From positions 68,897,992 through 68,946,401 of the forward strand of contig NC_068981.1 in assembly GCF_001194135.2 (NCBI RefSeq): DNA of 48,410 nt, written 5' to 3'. Under the pieces are notes generated by a model that worked only from the letters and a program-made list of their open reading frames with translations, searched no databases and was not told where the DNA came from. This stretch comes from Octopus bimaculoides (taxonomy: Eukaryota). Shown piece by piece: positions 37,121 to 48,410 of the stretch (the stretch's first letter is position 1; each line of letters begins with the position of its first letter). The position numbers were made by a program, and so were the translations under genes.

Positions 37121-37286
37121 GGCGTAGGAGTGGCTGTGTGGTAAGTACCATTCTTACCAACCACACGGTTCCGGGTTCAGTCCCACTGCGTGGCATCTTG
37201 GGCTAGTGTCTTCTACTATAGCCTCGTGCAGTCCGAAGCCTTGTGAGTGGATTTGGTAGACGGAAGCTGAAAGAAGCCCGTCGTAT
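37121..37286 (+). mobile_element. tRNA-derived SINE family A, 5' half
   Basis: GGCGTAGGAGTGGCTGTGTGGTAAG (A box)…GGTTCAGTCCC (B box)…GATTTGGTAGACGGAAGCTGAAAGAAGCCCGTCG, followed by a (TA)n tract and a Tc1 insertion. Confidence 0.9.
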
Positions 37287-37289
37287 ATA

Positions 37290-37320
<31 letters not shown>

Positions 37321-37321
<1 letters not shown>

Positions 37322-37860
37322 GGGTTTGGACAAAATAATAGCAACACCTAGCATCATTGCATCATAATTTTAAGATAATTGTAAAACCGCCAAAAGTTCG
37401 TTTAATTTTATATTTTTCATTTATTATTAGTGTTGCTTAATATGTTTTGCAATAATTGCTATTTCTTTTCAGATATCATAATTAAAATTCATTAAAGTTA
37501 CAGATCTATCGGACTTTGAAAGAGGTCAAATTGTTGGTAGTCGTATGGGAGGTGCTAGCGTAACGCAAACAGCCTATATGTTTGGTGTATCAAGAAGTAC
37601 GGTCTCTAAAGTAATGAAACACTTGGAGAAAAAGGGAAAAAAAACCACCTAACCGAAACAAAATTCAGGAAGAAACTAAAACTTTCACATACGGATCATC
37701 GGACTGTTACGCGAATTGTCAGAAAGGATTTGAAAAGGTGAGCTCACAAAATTACTGCATATGTTAATGACCACCTCGACAAGTCTGTTTCCCCAAAAAC
37801 TGTCCACCGGAAGATGCACAAAGCTGAATTTCACGGGAGGGCTGCAATCAAGAAACCAAT
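37321..37860 (+). mobile_element. Tc1-like transposon, left TIR plus N-terminal (paired/HTH) transposase, 3' truncated
   Basis: TIR-like AGGGTTTGGACAAAATAATAGCAACACC after TA; DLSDFERGQIVG…GVSRSTVSKV…VSPKTVHRKMHKAEFHGRAAIKKP. Confidence 0.85.
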
Positions 37861-37877
37861 TTAACCATCTCCCATCA

Positions 37878-37923
37878 TCTCTGATGAAGGGATATCCATA
37901 ATATCCCAGAAACAGCTGTAAGA
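37878..37923 (+). ncRNA. Minimal type I hammerhead ribozyme motif (Penelope/retrozyme type)
   Basis: TCT-CTGATGA-A-GGGATAT-CCATA-ATATCCC-A-GAAA-C-AGCT-G-TA-AGA: both core boxes, a 7-bp stem II, a 2-bp stem III with palindromic AGCT loop, a GUA triplet and a 3-bp stem I. There is an A·A mismatch at the base of stem II. Confidence 0.7.
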
Positions 37924-38069
37924 CTATATCTATATATCTTTCCTTATAAAAGTCCTGAAATCTCCTCACAACCTTGGCTTTGTTACCTCATTTTGTCTAG
38001 TATGTGTGTATGTGTATGTGTGTGTTTGTGCGTGTGTGTGTGTGTGTATGTGTGTGTGTGTGTGTGTGT

Positions 38070-38103
<34 letters not shown>

Positions 38104-38949
38104 AGAATGCTGATTATGAAATTATGTACATCATATATACACATATATTATATATATATTATATGTATTAGTTTGGGTATGAAATACAAAAAAATCTACA
38201 TAGTTATATATGTAAAACCAGAGAAAGCATAAAGCAGAGACTTTCAGCTGATAAATTTTAAAGCATATATATATANNNNNNNNNNNNNNNNNNNNNNNNN
38301 NNNNNNNNNNNNNNNNNNNNNNNNNNNNNNNNNNNNNNNNNNNNNNNNNNNNNNNNNNNNNNNNNNNNNNNNNNNNNNNNNNNNNNNNNNNNNNNNNNNN
38401 NNNNNNNNNNNNNNNNNNNNNNNNNNNNNNNNNNNNNNNNNNNNNNNNNNNNNNNNNNNNNNNNNNNNNNNNNNNNNNNNNNNNNNNNNNNNNNNNNNNN
38501 NNNNNNNNNNNNNNNNNNNNNNNNNNNNNNNNNNNNNNNNNNNNNNNNNNNNNNNNNNNNNNNNNNNNNNNNNNNNNNNNNNNNNNNNNNNNNNNNNNNN
38601 NNNNNNNNNNNNNNNNNNNNNNNNNNNNNNNNNNNNNNNNNNNNNNNNNNNNNNNNNNNNNNNNNNNNNNNNNGTTATATGAGATAAAAATTGAATAACC
38701 GGGAACTTGGAGGTAACAGTCAAATTTTCCTTTTAAAAGTGTAACATGTACTCCACCAATCATTTTAAAATTATCCTTCAATTGAATGTCATATTTTTTA
38801 CTATATATATACCTCAATTTAAAAAGAAACTCGAACATGTATACGTGAATGTATGAATGTATGTATATATATGTGTGTGGTTGTGTGTGTGTGCTTGTAT
38901 ACAGATATACATTTATATACATATATATTGACATACATATGTATATTTT

Positions 38950-39420
38950 TCCACCTTTACAATTATATCACTTTTTTCAGAGGTCTTGTATAAGGTTAAC
39001 CTTCTCTCATAACATAACTTTGTAAGGAGATCTTGTGTAGAACACCTGTAGTTTTCTTGCTTTAGGTTTGACCTTATCGTCACATGGTTCAAAATATTTA
39101 GTGAACAAAATCACCCCGATTTTCTGACATCAAATTGCATTAAATGAAATTTACTTCTTTTACGACAGAGATCGATAAAATAAACTCCATTCACGTACTA
39201 AGATCATCTCACTCGAATTATCCTGCTTAACATATGCTGCATACTAATATAATGTATCTTTTAATGCAGTAGAGCCAAAGTAACTGATACGTCTTACAAC
39301 CATCAGACCTGAATTAGGAACTTCACAATTCTATTTTAACTTTATTATGACTGATTCAATTAACTACTGTCCAACACTTAACAAACCTGGCCATATCAAA
39401 ATATAATGTACTTTATTTCA
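38950..39420 (-). mobile_element. Decayed Tc1/Tc3-like transposase catalytic region
   Basis: Minus-strand LMVVRRISYFGSTAL…QDNSS…ENRGDFV resembles VMVWG.FS..G…QQDNAS…ENLWG.LV. Confidence 0.4.
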
Positions 39421-41151
39421 GTGGTATACAAGGTCTCATTCGTTTTATTTTTCTATGTCAAATTTTAATATGTGTATTGACGACGGAAGCAATATTACTA
39501 AAGTAATAATTTGTTACTAAAGGTTTGTATAACTTCTGTTCATAATTTCTTTCATAATTCCATCATTAACTCAAATTATGAAGTTTGGGAATTTTAAAGA
39601 GCGTATACAAAGAATATGTTCATTAATTGTGCACGCATTTACAATGTATTACCACTTTCTCTCATCTTTGCATACATTGATTCTCTTCAGCTCTATATTT
39701 TGATCGAAAAGTTTATTGTTAGTATACAATTTCAATTTTACAAGAACGCGCAGATGAAGTGAATTACGACTTATAGAATTTTTAGTTCACTTTTAGTGAA
39801 CGATATTTAGTAAGCAATAATTTATTGGAAATACATGTAAAGGAACCTTTTCTTTTATACTCGAAAGCATGTTGGAAAAAAATTAGTAGTTATTCAACAC
39901 TAGATAGAATGTTTACAAATTGCAATATATGTACTAGTTATGGTGACATTGCCAGTTATAACAGGTGCAAATGTATTATTCGCATGACGAGTATTAAATT
40001 TATGTTAGCTAATATTCAAATTGATTTTATTATCATTAGTGTTGTAACTGCATCTTTTCTTCCTTTGATGATTTTTGATCATTAACTTTGGTTTAGTATT
40101 ATTTCAATAAACTATATGTTGATGTTGTAAAATGTGAACTACATAAAGACTTTGTACATGCACTTACATACACACACACACATATGCATACCCATATACT
40201 TGTGTGTATGAATGTGAATTCGTACGTGCGGTTCTTGCGAATGCGTGTGTATGTACACATCGCGTACTCTGCTTTGAGTGTTCTTTGATCCGAGAAAGCA
40301 AAACTAAAATGATATTGTAATGTTGTACAACTAGTACTTTTGATATATTAAAATATGTGTATATATTTGTCTGTAGGCGTTTATGCTTGTATGCGTATGT
40401 ATTCGCGTGCATGTACGTGTATGTGTGTATGTATGTGCGCATGAATGTTTGTGGGAGTGAGTGATGTTCATCAAGCTTTAAAGGTATCCATGATAAACCA
40501 AAGAATATTCAAACGACGAAATTTAATAAATATACCCATTTTTAAATGACTATTTAGGTACAGTTTTATTTCCTGTCACACGGAGCATAGATTGGAGAGT
40601 GTATAATATATTTCACTAGCTGTACATTGTTTCTATTTGATCGGATGGGTAACTAATTCCAGAGCTTTGTGGGTACGAATAGTAATTGAAAATAAAAATA
40701 TGACAGAATAAGCTTAGGAGTATTTTGGAAGGCAGTTGGAAAGTAACGGACTGAGCTGTTAAAAGCGTTATACTGTACAGGGCAGGACACAGGATCTCCG
40801 AAATTGGATGCTTAAAATGGCTGTGTGTACTATAATATTGTAAAAACATATCATTTATGGCGGATAATTTAACAGGGCTACATATCAGTTATTGCAAAAA
40901 CACATATTAACAGTACTCTGGTAAATAAAAAAAAATCAGATCATTCAGTATTGTTTCTAGTGAGCACACATGCACACACACGCATACGCACGCACGTGCG
41001 CACACACTCACACACAAATACGCACATACAACCACACTCTCTCTCTCTTTCTCTCTGTTCGTTGCAGTGCATCTTAAGTTCTGCGTGTATGACTGCTTAT
41101 GTGTGTGATAAGGTATTAATACGAACACATCCACACCCACCCAACTTACAC

Positions 41152-41199
<48 letters not shown>

Positions 41200-42238
41200 A
41201 CGCACGCACGCACGCACGCACGCACGCATGCATATTTACGCGTGCAATAATGTCTTTACTCCAAGTTCTATATTAAAACAGCTGGACACGTAGATGGAGC
41301 ACTTAATATTTTAATATTGGGGACAAGAATTTACCTCTCTATATGCTCAAGCAACATTTTATTCTTCAACATTTCAAGCAGCTTCACCCCTGCAAGCCAC
41401 TTTGCCATCCCGTGAACGTAGATATTTTCTGTTCTGGACATGAACTATACGCATTATTTGAGCATTATGCATAAACGACATAAGCCATCATAGATTTATA
41501 CTGGTCTCTTTCATATATATATATATATATATATAGAACTGCATTGATAAGTCAGTATAGCTGGACATTGCAAATGTGTAAGGATCTTCTTCACATATAC
41601 ATACCCATTATTCCGTTACGTATTATCAGTCACAATCAATTATAAGGTTTAATGTACGAAAGGCATGACTACCATATACTTAAAATGTAGTTTATCTGTG
41701 TTATTGAATATATTGAATATTAATTGGCATAAGCATATAAAGAAATAATGATTTCTTATATGGGCAGAGAAGCAACTGAAATGTAGGTGAAGGGCATACA
41801 AGGAATTGAATGACGCCTTGGAAAGCGTGTGAAAAATTGTGAGTTCTACTTGAGTAGAATATTTTAGTAAGCTTAAAACAATGGCATTATACTCTCTAAT
41901 AGCGAGTGTTTCATTGCTTCATTCAATCAAGCACATATTTCGTTAAAATTGCAGTTTATGAAGGGAAATAGAAACAAAGTATCAAACGTAAAGCCCTGTG
42001 TATATTTTATATTTTTAGTCACTGGACTGTTGCTATAGATATATTATCAAACAGAGTGAGGGAAGCAACTGAGAGAAGAGAGTATTTTTTCTTCGTAAAT
42101 AAATGGGACAAAATTGCAGTTGAGATATATTGGCCGCAGTTCAGTGTACCCTGAAATTCACCCTTCCTGACATTTAATTTACCATTCATATGCACTTTTA
42201 ATTTGCACTTTGAACACATCCTATTAAACATTGCTTAC

Positions 42239-42309
42239 CACGGCTGACTTGTCTGCAAAACGCAGGCGGGCTGTTGGAAGCTTGCTATTCAATAAATTTT
42301 GGGGAGTAC
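42239..42309 (-). CDS. Candidate internal exon (GTPQNLLNSKLPTARLRFADKSAV)
   Basis: Strong acceptor ctacctttctcccag and donor GTG|gtaagc; only one of the three frames is open (phase 1 to 0). No recognised homology. Confidence 0.35.
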
Positions 42310-42823
42310 CTGGGAGAAAGGTAGCAGACATCTAATGGATTAAATTATTTTGCAGGCACAAGAAGTTGAAGGAGGGTAGTGAGGCAATTAGATATGATGA
42401 TATGTGTCAGAGGAAGAGGGAGGGAGGACATTAGACATGGTTGAAAAATACTCAATTTTAAGGCTGCAAACTATCGTGTGGCTCTAAGGACAATACGTAT
42501 ACAGTTTAGAAGTGATGTGTCAGCTGAAAACAGAATTATTCATGAAGATCAGAACGTTCGCACAGCTTTTATTCTGGAGTGCTCAGTGAGGAGCATCCTG
42601 GCAACAAAATACTTGAAAGAGAAGGAATTCAAAACTGTCCCAACGTCCGTTCAGTTCGGACTTTGGTATCATACATATTTGATTGTTTTCCAAGCTGAAT
42701 GAGAACCTCAGGAATAATCGTTCTGGGACAAGGTTGCAAATAAACGCTAAATGTATATACACAGACACACGTACGCGCGCGCACACTTACATACTCACAC
42801 AAGCACACACAGACACACGCACT

Positions 42824-42899
<76 letters not shown>

Positions 42900-43494
42900 T
42901 TTCCTCACGATTCATACGGCTCATGCCACATTATTTACCTGGACACGTGGGGTATATGTATAGTACGTCCCCAATGGCTTAAAATGCATGTAAGCAACGA
43001 GAGATCATTTGATAATTCAAGGACATCATAAATTCAAAATTAGATCAGGAAATCAAAGTCCACCAAATTCCGTTAAATGTCATTCTTTGTATAAATTTAA
43101 AGTTACAATTAAATGACAGAGAATAAAAAGTGGCAAAATGAAATACATTTAATTATTTATTAGGACACAAGCTTACACGTGTGAAGAATATAAATGATAC
43201 ATGATTAATCCATGTGATTTTTAAATGTTCTTTACTTCATGAATTTATAACTTGATATATCCACTTCTATATGAATCATCAGTATAACCACTTGGTTAAT
43301 ATTGCGCTGCTTCAGTAAGAATCATAACATAAATGAATATGACCCTAATATCTGCTGCTCCGTCGCAATTTTTTACGGTCAACAAAGCACGAAGACGTTG
43401 CAAATAGACACCATGCTTATGCAATTATATTTTGAAATCATTAAGTGAAGAATAATTGTTTCTATATTTCAGAGAAGGTCAGCAGCTTTAGAGC

Positions 43495-43660
43495 GTGTGG
43501 ACTATATTGACTACTGTACTTGACTTTTACTTTCTTTTATCGAGCCTGAGAGAGGAAAGAAAAGTTGGCAGCATGGGTGTGTAAATTCAGGAAGTACAAT
43601 ATCAGAAGAAATCCTGCTAAGCATTTTGTCTAATGCGCTAACGATACTACCAGCGCTCTG
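43495..43660 (-). mobile_element. tRNA-derived SINE family B, decayed
   Basis: TTTTATCGAGCC…GCTAAGCATTTTGTCTAATGCGCTAACGATACTACCAGC is the reverse complement of the 36042-type head. Confidence 0.7.
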
Positions 43661-45000
43661 TCTTAGAAAATGAAGAATAATGAAAGCTAAAACAAGAACT
43701 GGTTGGTTTAGGTTTTAGACTTGGCCAATGAATCAACAGTGTATATTGATTTCTTCCAACAGTTACTTCTATCCTTTAAAACCAACACGAAAATGATTTC
43801 CAACAGATATGGCACAACAATTCGCAGGACATGTAACAATCGACTGAATTGATTTGAAGTTCTTGATATATTTTATTGACGCAAGAAGATACAGAAAGCA
43901 ATGTCGGAAGCAACGGAATTGAAAAGATACCTCAAATACCACGAGGGATTTTAGCCAAATATCTACCAATAATTCCATTCTTCGCTTTCAATGTTTCCTA
44001 TATCTAAGATAATACGCACTCTATGATGAAACAATAATGAAGTACTTGCGTTAACATACTATATATCTGAGTGTGTGTGCTCGACCATAATGATATATAT
44101 ATACACATACATACATACATACATACATACATGTAAATAGGTGTCTGTACACAAACATATATAAGCATGTATTTTGGTATGTGTGTAAATATGTATGTAA
44201 GTATATAACAATAGAATTTGAACAATCAGTTTGAAGGATGGGAGCTGGACATCGTCGTGTATTTAGTTCCCTAGCTCTTCAGTTTATTGCACTCGGAAGC
44301 TATATAATCTAGAAAACCTTATTTTCTACGAAATATGTTCGAAATAAGTTCACGCAACTCCATTTCATATCTAATGTTCCGCGAAATATGTTACAATCAT
44401 TTGAAAAATAGTTTTTAGTGTGTAGAGCACTGTACTTAATTACCTCCCTCTCGTCGTACAGTAAATAGTCTGTAGCAGCAATTTACATCTCGCCCGGCCA
44501 GAGTCGATGAAATGAAGTACCAATAAATATGCTAGGAGTATGCCCTGCTGACCAACATCCATTAAGTTAGTCCTGGCTTTTCCAGATAACTATTTAGCAT
44601 TCTCAAATGGGTCTAAATTCTTCATTCCTTGCAAAATATGACCATTTGTATCAGTCACCTTATAAAACAATGCAACATTTCTCATTAGAAATTGGTGAAA
44701 TAAACTAGAAAACACGTGTTCCATTCACTCATGCAATATATGCAACGATCAAAAACAATAATACAACCGTTCAACTTACAAGGAATAATAGCAACATCAT
44801 CTCCATAATAAACATATTCACAAACTATCAAGGACACACTGAATAAAACAGTAACGGTAGTTTGAATGGCATTACGCTGTGCAGGGCTGCGAAATACGTT
44901 TGTACTTATGTTTCATCAGGAATCGTTACCCTAAAGCTAACTAGCAGCGACAACAACGGCGAAAATCACAACGACAACAGCAATAATAACCGCAGCAGCT

Positions 45001-45620
45001 TCTTACTATAATGGATATTATGTTCGTCTGTCTGTTCCCTCTTCACAGTCAAACGACTGTACCAATGGTCGCGATGTTTTTCGAGATTACGAAGGAATTA
45101 ATCAGGGAGGATTTTGCCGGCAAACATGTGAAGAAGTAGGATTATTTAGTGGATATTGAGTTTTGTATTAATAAATCACATTAATTTTTTTTTTGTTAAA
45201 ATTTCGGCAGCGAAGATTAACTCTGGATTTCTCCCCCGTGTAGTTCGTGAATTTAGAGGGTTTAGATTTGAGATACTATCCTCTTATTTCCCATTGTAGA
45301 TGGGTAGATTTGCTATCTTACTATATTTGTCGTCATATCCGTCTGTCTATCCGTCTGTCCATCTGTCCCTCTTTTTGTCTGATCCCTCTTCCCACCGAAA
45401 TGGTTACGATATTTTCCGGGATTACTAAGACGGTCTTTAGGAAAGATTTTAGCATTAATAAATGAGAAAGTATGATAATTTCGCGGATATCGATTTTTGA
45501 ATCAATTAACCACCTTCGCATTTTTATTAAAATTTCACTGACCACGACTGACTCTGGATTTTCATCCTATAGTTCGTGGCCCCATCCTAGGTATGAAGAG
45601 GGTCGCGAGGACGGTTAATA
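45001..45620 (+). mobile_element. Two head-to-tail non-autonomous Helitron-like units (45001-45315, 45316-45620)
   Basis: Both units start TCTTACTATA, carry a GTCT/GTCC microsatellite and share collinear internal blocks (TTAAAATTTC; ACTCTGGATTT; TAGTTCGTG). Unit 1 has hairpin CCCAT-TGTAG-ATGGG 11 nt before its CTA end. Confidence 0.6.
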
Positions 45621-47469
45621 GCGAAAATAAATTGGGAAAAGTGTGTGTCTATATATATTGTGTGTGATTATTCAGTGATTATTGAAGTGTGACAATCTCG
45701 AGGAGGATTCGAAACGACTAACCGAAACAGCTGTTGTTTACGTCTCAGTTTTGTCAATCAAAATAATCCAGGAACATCCATGCATTATTCACATAGAACA
45801 GTGCCAAGTAAGTCTTAGTTTGATTTGTTTGCAACCTCAAAGATTTCGCTCGAGCATTTACAACAAACAAGGCACAGAGCCAGACTTTAGATCCTGTAGG
45901 TGCATTTTAACCCACTCCGATGTTTACACACGGCCATTTATACGTCAGCAACGTACTCCAGTAATTTGAAACAGAAAATATTGTCCACAAAGAAGTTTTG
46001 TAATGATATTAATATATTCGAAAGGAATTAGATCCATAGTTTAAATAAGGTAAATTGTGAATCTTTAATGTATAAGAGTATAAACAAGCGTAAAAAAGTG
46101 CAAACATCTAAATAGCTGTATATCTAAATAACATATTTTTTCTTAATACTTTGTAATGGTCAAAGGAAGCTCTAGCTTTCGTTAGGAGTGGTTCACATAA
46201 CCATTCATGATACAGAGGCTGGGAGCCTATTTCAGTTCGGGAATGAATCGTCATCACATGTCTCTTAGTTGCAAACGCATGTAATATGGCTGCAATAGAA
46301 TGCTGTATCACCAACGATAATGTGATTTCTCTAAGATATTACCCAGTAACATATGTCCATTCACACATTTCTCAATACATACTACTGTTATGACTTCTCT
46401 CCCTCATTTTATACCTCCATCGTACATGGGCAGATTTGCTAGTCAGGGTAATTGGGTTAATGTAGAGAGTGTATTAAATAGAAATTCAATGGAAAATAGA
46501 AACAGTATTCCGTTATCAACATATTGGTCAACATTTACACTAAATATTGGTATGTAGGTTATTTTTATTGTATTTTATTCTCTTTTTTTTTAATATTGTC
46601 TACAAATGGAAGTTTTTACTAAAATTAATAATTTTACTGTAGGGAAAAAAAAAATCGGCATATCTGTAAATATTAGATATTTTATTGAGATATATCTCTT
46701 TCATGAGACGTCGATATTAATTTTCATATATGTAAATTCTCTTTCAAGATAAAAGAACCCACGTATTTTAATGTCTCGAGTGACATGAGAATAACTGTAG
46801 TGTATGAAAATGCGTAAAAAGTTAGTTAAACATTGTGAAACCAATATTTATTTAAAACATTTTAATCCTGTTATAGCATTAAAAAGAATTTCAGAAAGAA
46901 AAAAAACATTCAGAAGCTCGAAACAACCAACGCTCACAAACGCGTATACACATGCACACGTATACATACTCACGCATATGGATACATTCGTGTGTGTGTG
47001 TGTGTGTGTGTGTGNNNNNNNNNNNNNNNNNNNNNNNNNNNNNNNNNNNNNNNNNNNNNNNNNNNNNNNNNNNNNNNNNNNNNNNNNNNNNNNNNNNNNN
47101 NNNNNNNNNNNNNNNNNNNNNNNNNNNNNNNNNNNNNNNNNNNNNNNNNNNNNNNNNNNNNNNNNNNNNNNNNNNNNNNNNNNNNNNNNNNNNNNNNNNN
47201 NNNNNNNNNNNNNNNNNNNNNNNNNNNNNNNNNNNNNNNNNNNNNNNNNNNNNNNNNNNNNNNNNNNNNNNNNNNNNNNNNNNNNNNNNNNNNNNNNNNN
47301 NNNNNNNNNNNNNNNNNNNNNNNNNNNNNNNNNNNNNNNNNNNNNNNNNNNNNNNNNNNNNNNNNNNNNNNNNNNNNNNNNNNNNNNNNNNNNNNNNNNN
47401 NNNNNNNNNNNNNNNNNNNNNNNNNNNNNNNNNNNNNNNNNNNNNNNNNNNNNNNNNNNNNNNNNNNNN

Positions 47470-47528
<59 letters not shown>

Positions 47529-48169
47529 CGAGAAAGAGAGAGAGAAAGAGTTAAATAGATAGCGAGGTTATAGAAACAAACATGCGAGTCTGAAAGTTTG
47601 CAAATAAATATATGCAGAAATGTGCTACCATATATGGTTACGTATGCGTCTGTTTCTAATAAGAAAAAAATGAAAGGAAGAGAGAAATATGTCGTAAATA
47701 AATGAAACTGTGTGGACGATTTGATTCTATATTCTGAGTATGTAACATATATGATATTTAAAAACAAAACTGCCATTATCAACTATTTATTAAATTCAGA
47801 AAGGATCAGTTTATTACATGTAGAAAATAATACCATTAATTTGGAGGTAAAAATAAAGCGCAGCTGAAAAATATTTCATAAATATATCTTGAAGAAAATA
47901 TATTTTTCTCTCTGTCCATCTATCAATCGTTCTCTCTTATCCCTGTTACTCTCTCTCTCTCCATCTTTCTCTTATTCTTCTATTGTATTTCGAATTTAGA
48001 ATCGCCTTGTTTTGTAATTCTCTTATTTTGAAGTATGGGTTGCATATAAACAAATCGGCATTCTCGTCTTATTAATAACATTTAATATACGAGGAACATA
48101 ATATATATTGATGTGTTTAAGTCGTGCAACCAACATACGCTCCACACTCCACACAACTGTCTCTCATAA

Positions 48170-48209
<40 letters not shown>

Positions 48210-48410
48210 GCAAGTGCAAGAATAAGTAATTATATACATGCATATATAAAACATACAGCTCATGTATACACACATGTGTGAAATACATACACACATATAC
48301 ACGCATACATACATATGCATACATATATGTATATAAACATATGTATTATATATGTGTACATATATGTATATATATATATATATATATGTGGGTGTGTATA
48401 TACGTATATA

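Larger units (their letters stand above)
1..48410. repeat. Dispersed (TA)n, (CA/TG)n, (GA)n, (TATC)n and (TATG)n microsatellites and 13 N gaps
   Basis: Gaps at 2131-2184, 3337-3964, 6661-7394, 10983-11035, 15930-16047, 16720-17449, 21913-22018, 22724-23152, 26641-26739, 33324-33841, 36824-37062, 38277-38673 and 47015-47469. Most are bordered by simple repeats. Confidence 0.97.

Noticed and set aside
1-48410. Long ORFs in the supplied track (YIYI, HTHT, CVCV, ERER, poly-S/D/T/V and X-filled ORFs)
   Set aside because: They are translations of di- and trinucleotide microsatellites or N gaps, not genes.
1-48410. CRISPR array, rRNA, operon or prokaryotic defence system
   Set aside because: No regularly spaced repeat-spacer array, no rRNA-like sequence and no gene-dense coding DNA; the window is eukaryotic and repeat-dominated.

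Overview
AT-rich, microsatellite-dense eukaryotic genomic DNA with 13 assembly gaps. Most gaps are flanked by (TA)n, (CA)n or (GA)n tracts. The SINE families, microsatellite density and gap pattern point to a cephalopod (probably Octopus) scaffold; this is an inference, no search was run. Almost all ORFs in the supplied track are artefacts of microsatellites and N runs. What I can support is a graveyard of transposons: a CR1/L2-type LINE 3' end, a Chapaev3-type (RAG1/Transib-related) DNA transposon carrying a perfect 149-bp inverted duplication, several Tc1/mariner-family remnants, a Dong/R4-type LINE remnant, weaker RTE-like remnants, a head-to-tail pair of non-autonomous Helitron-like units, and many tRNA-derived SINEs. 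There is also a minimal type I hammerhead-ribozyme motif of the Penelope/retrozyme type, plus a degenerate second copy. No complete gene is evident. A few short exon candidates with good splice signals may belong to a large-intron host gene, most consistently on the minus strand, and one begins at an AG|GTAAGT recursive-splice-like site. No CRISPR array, rRNA or prokaryotic system is supported. All translations and alignments were done by eye; boundaries of decayed elements are approximate.
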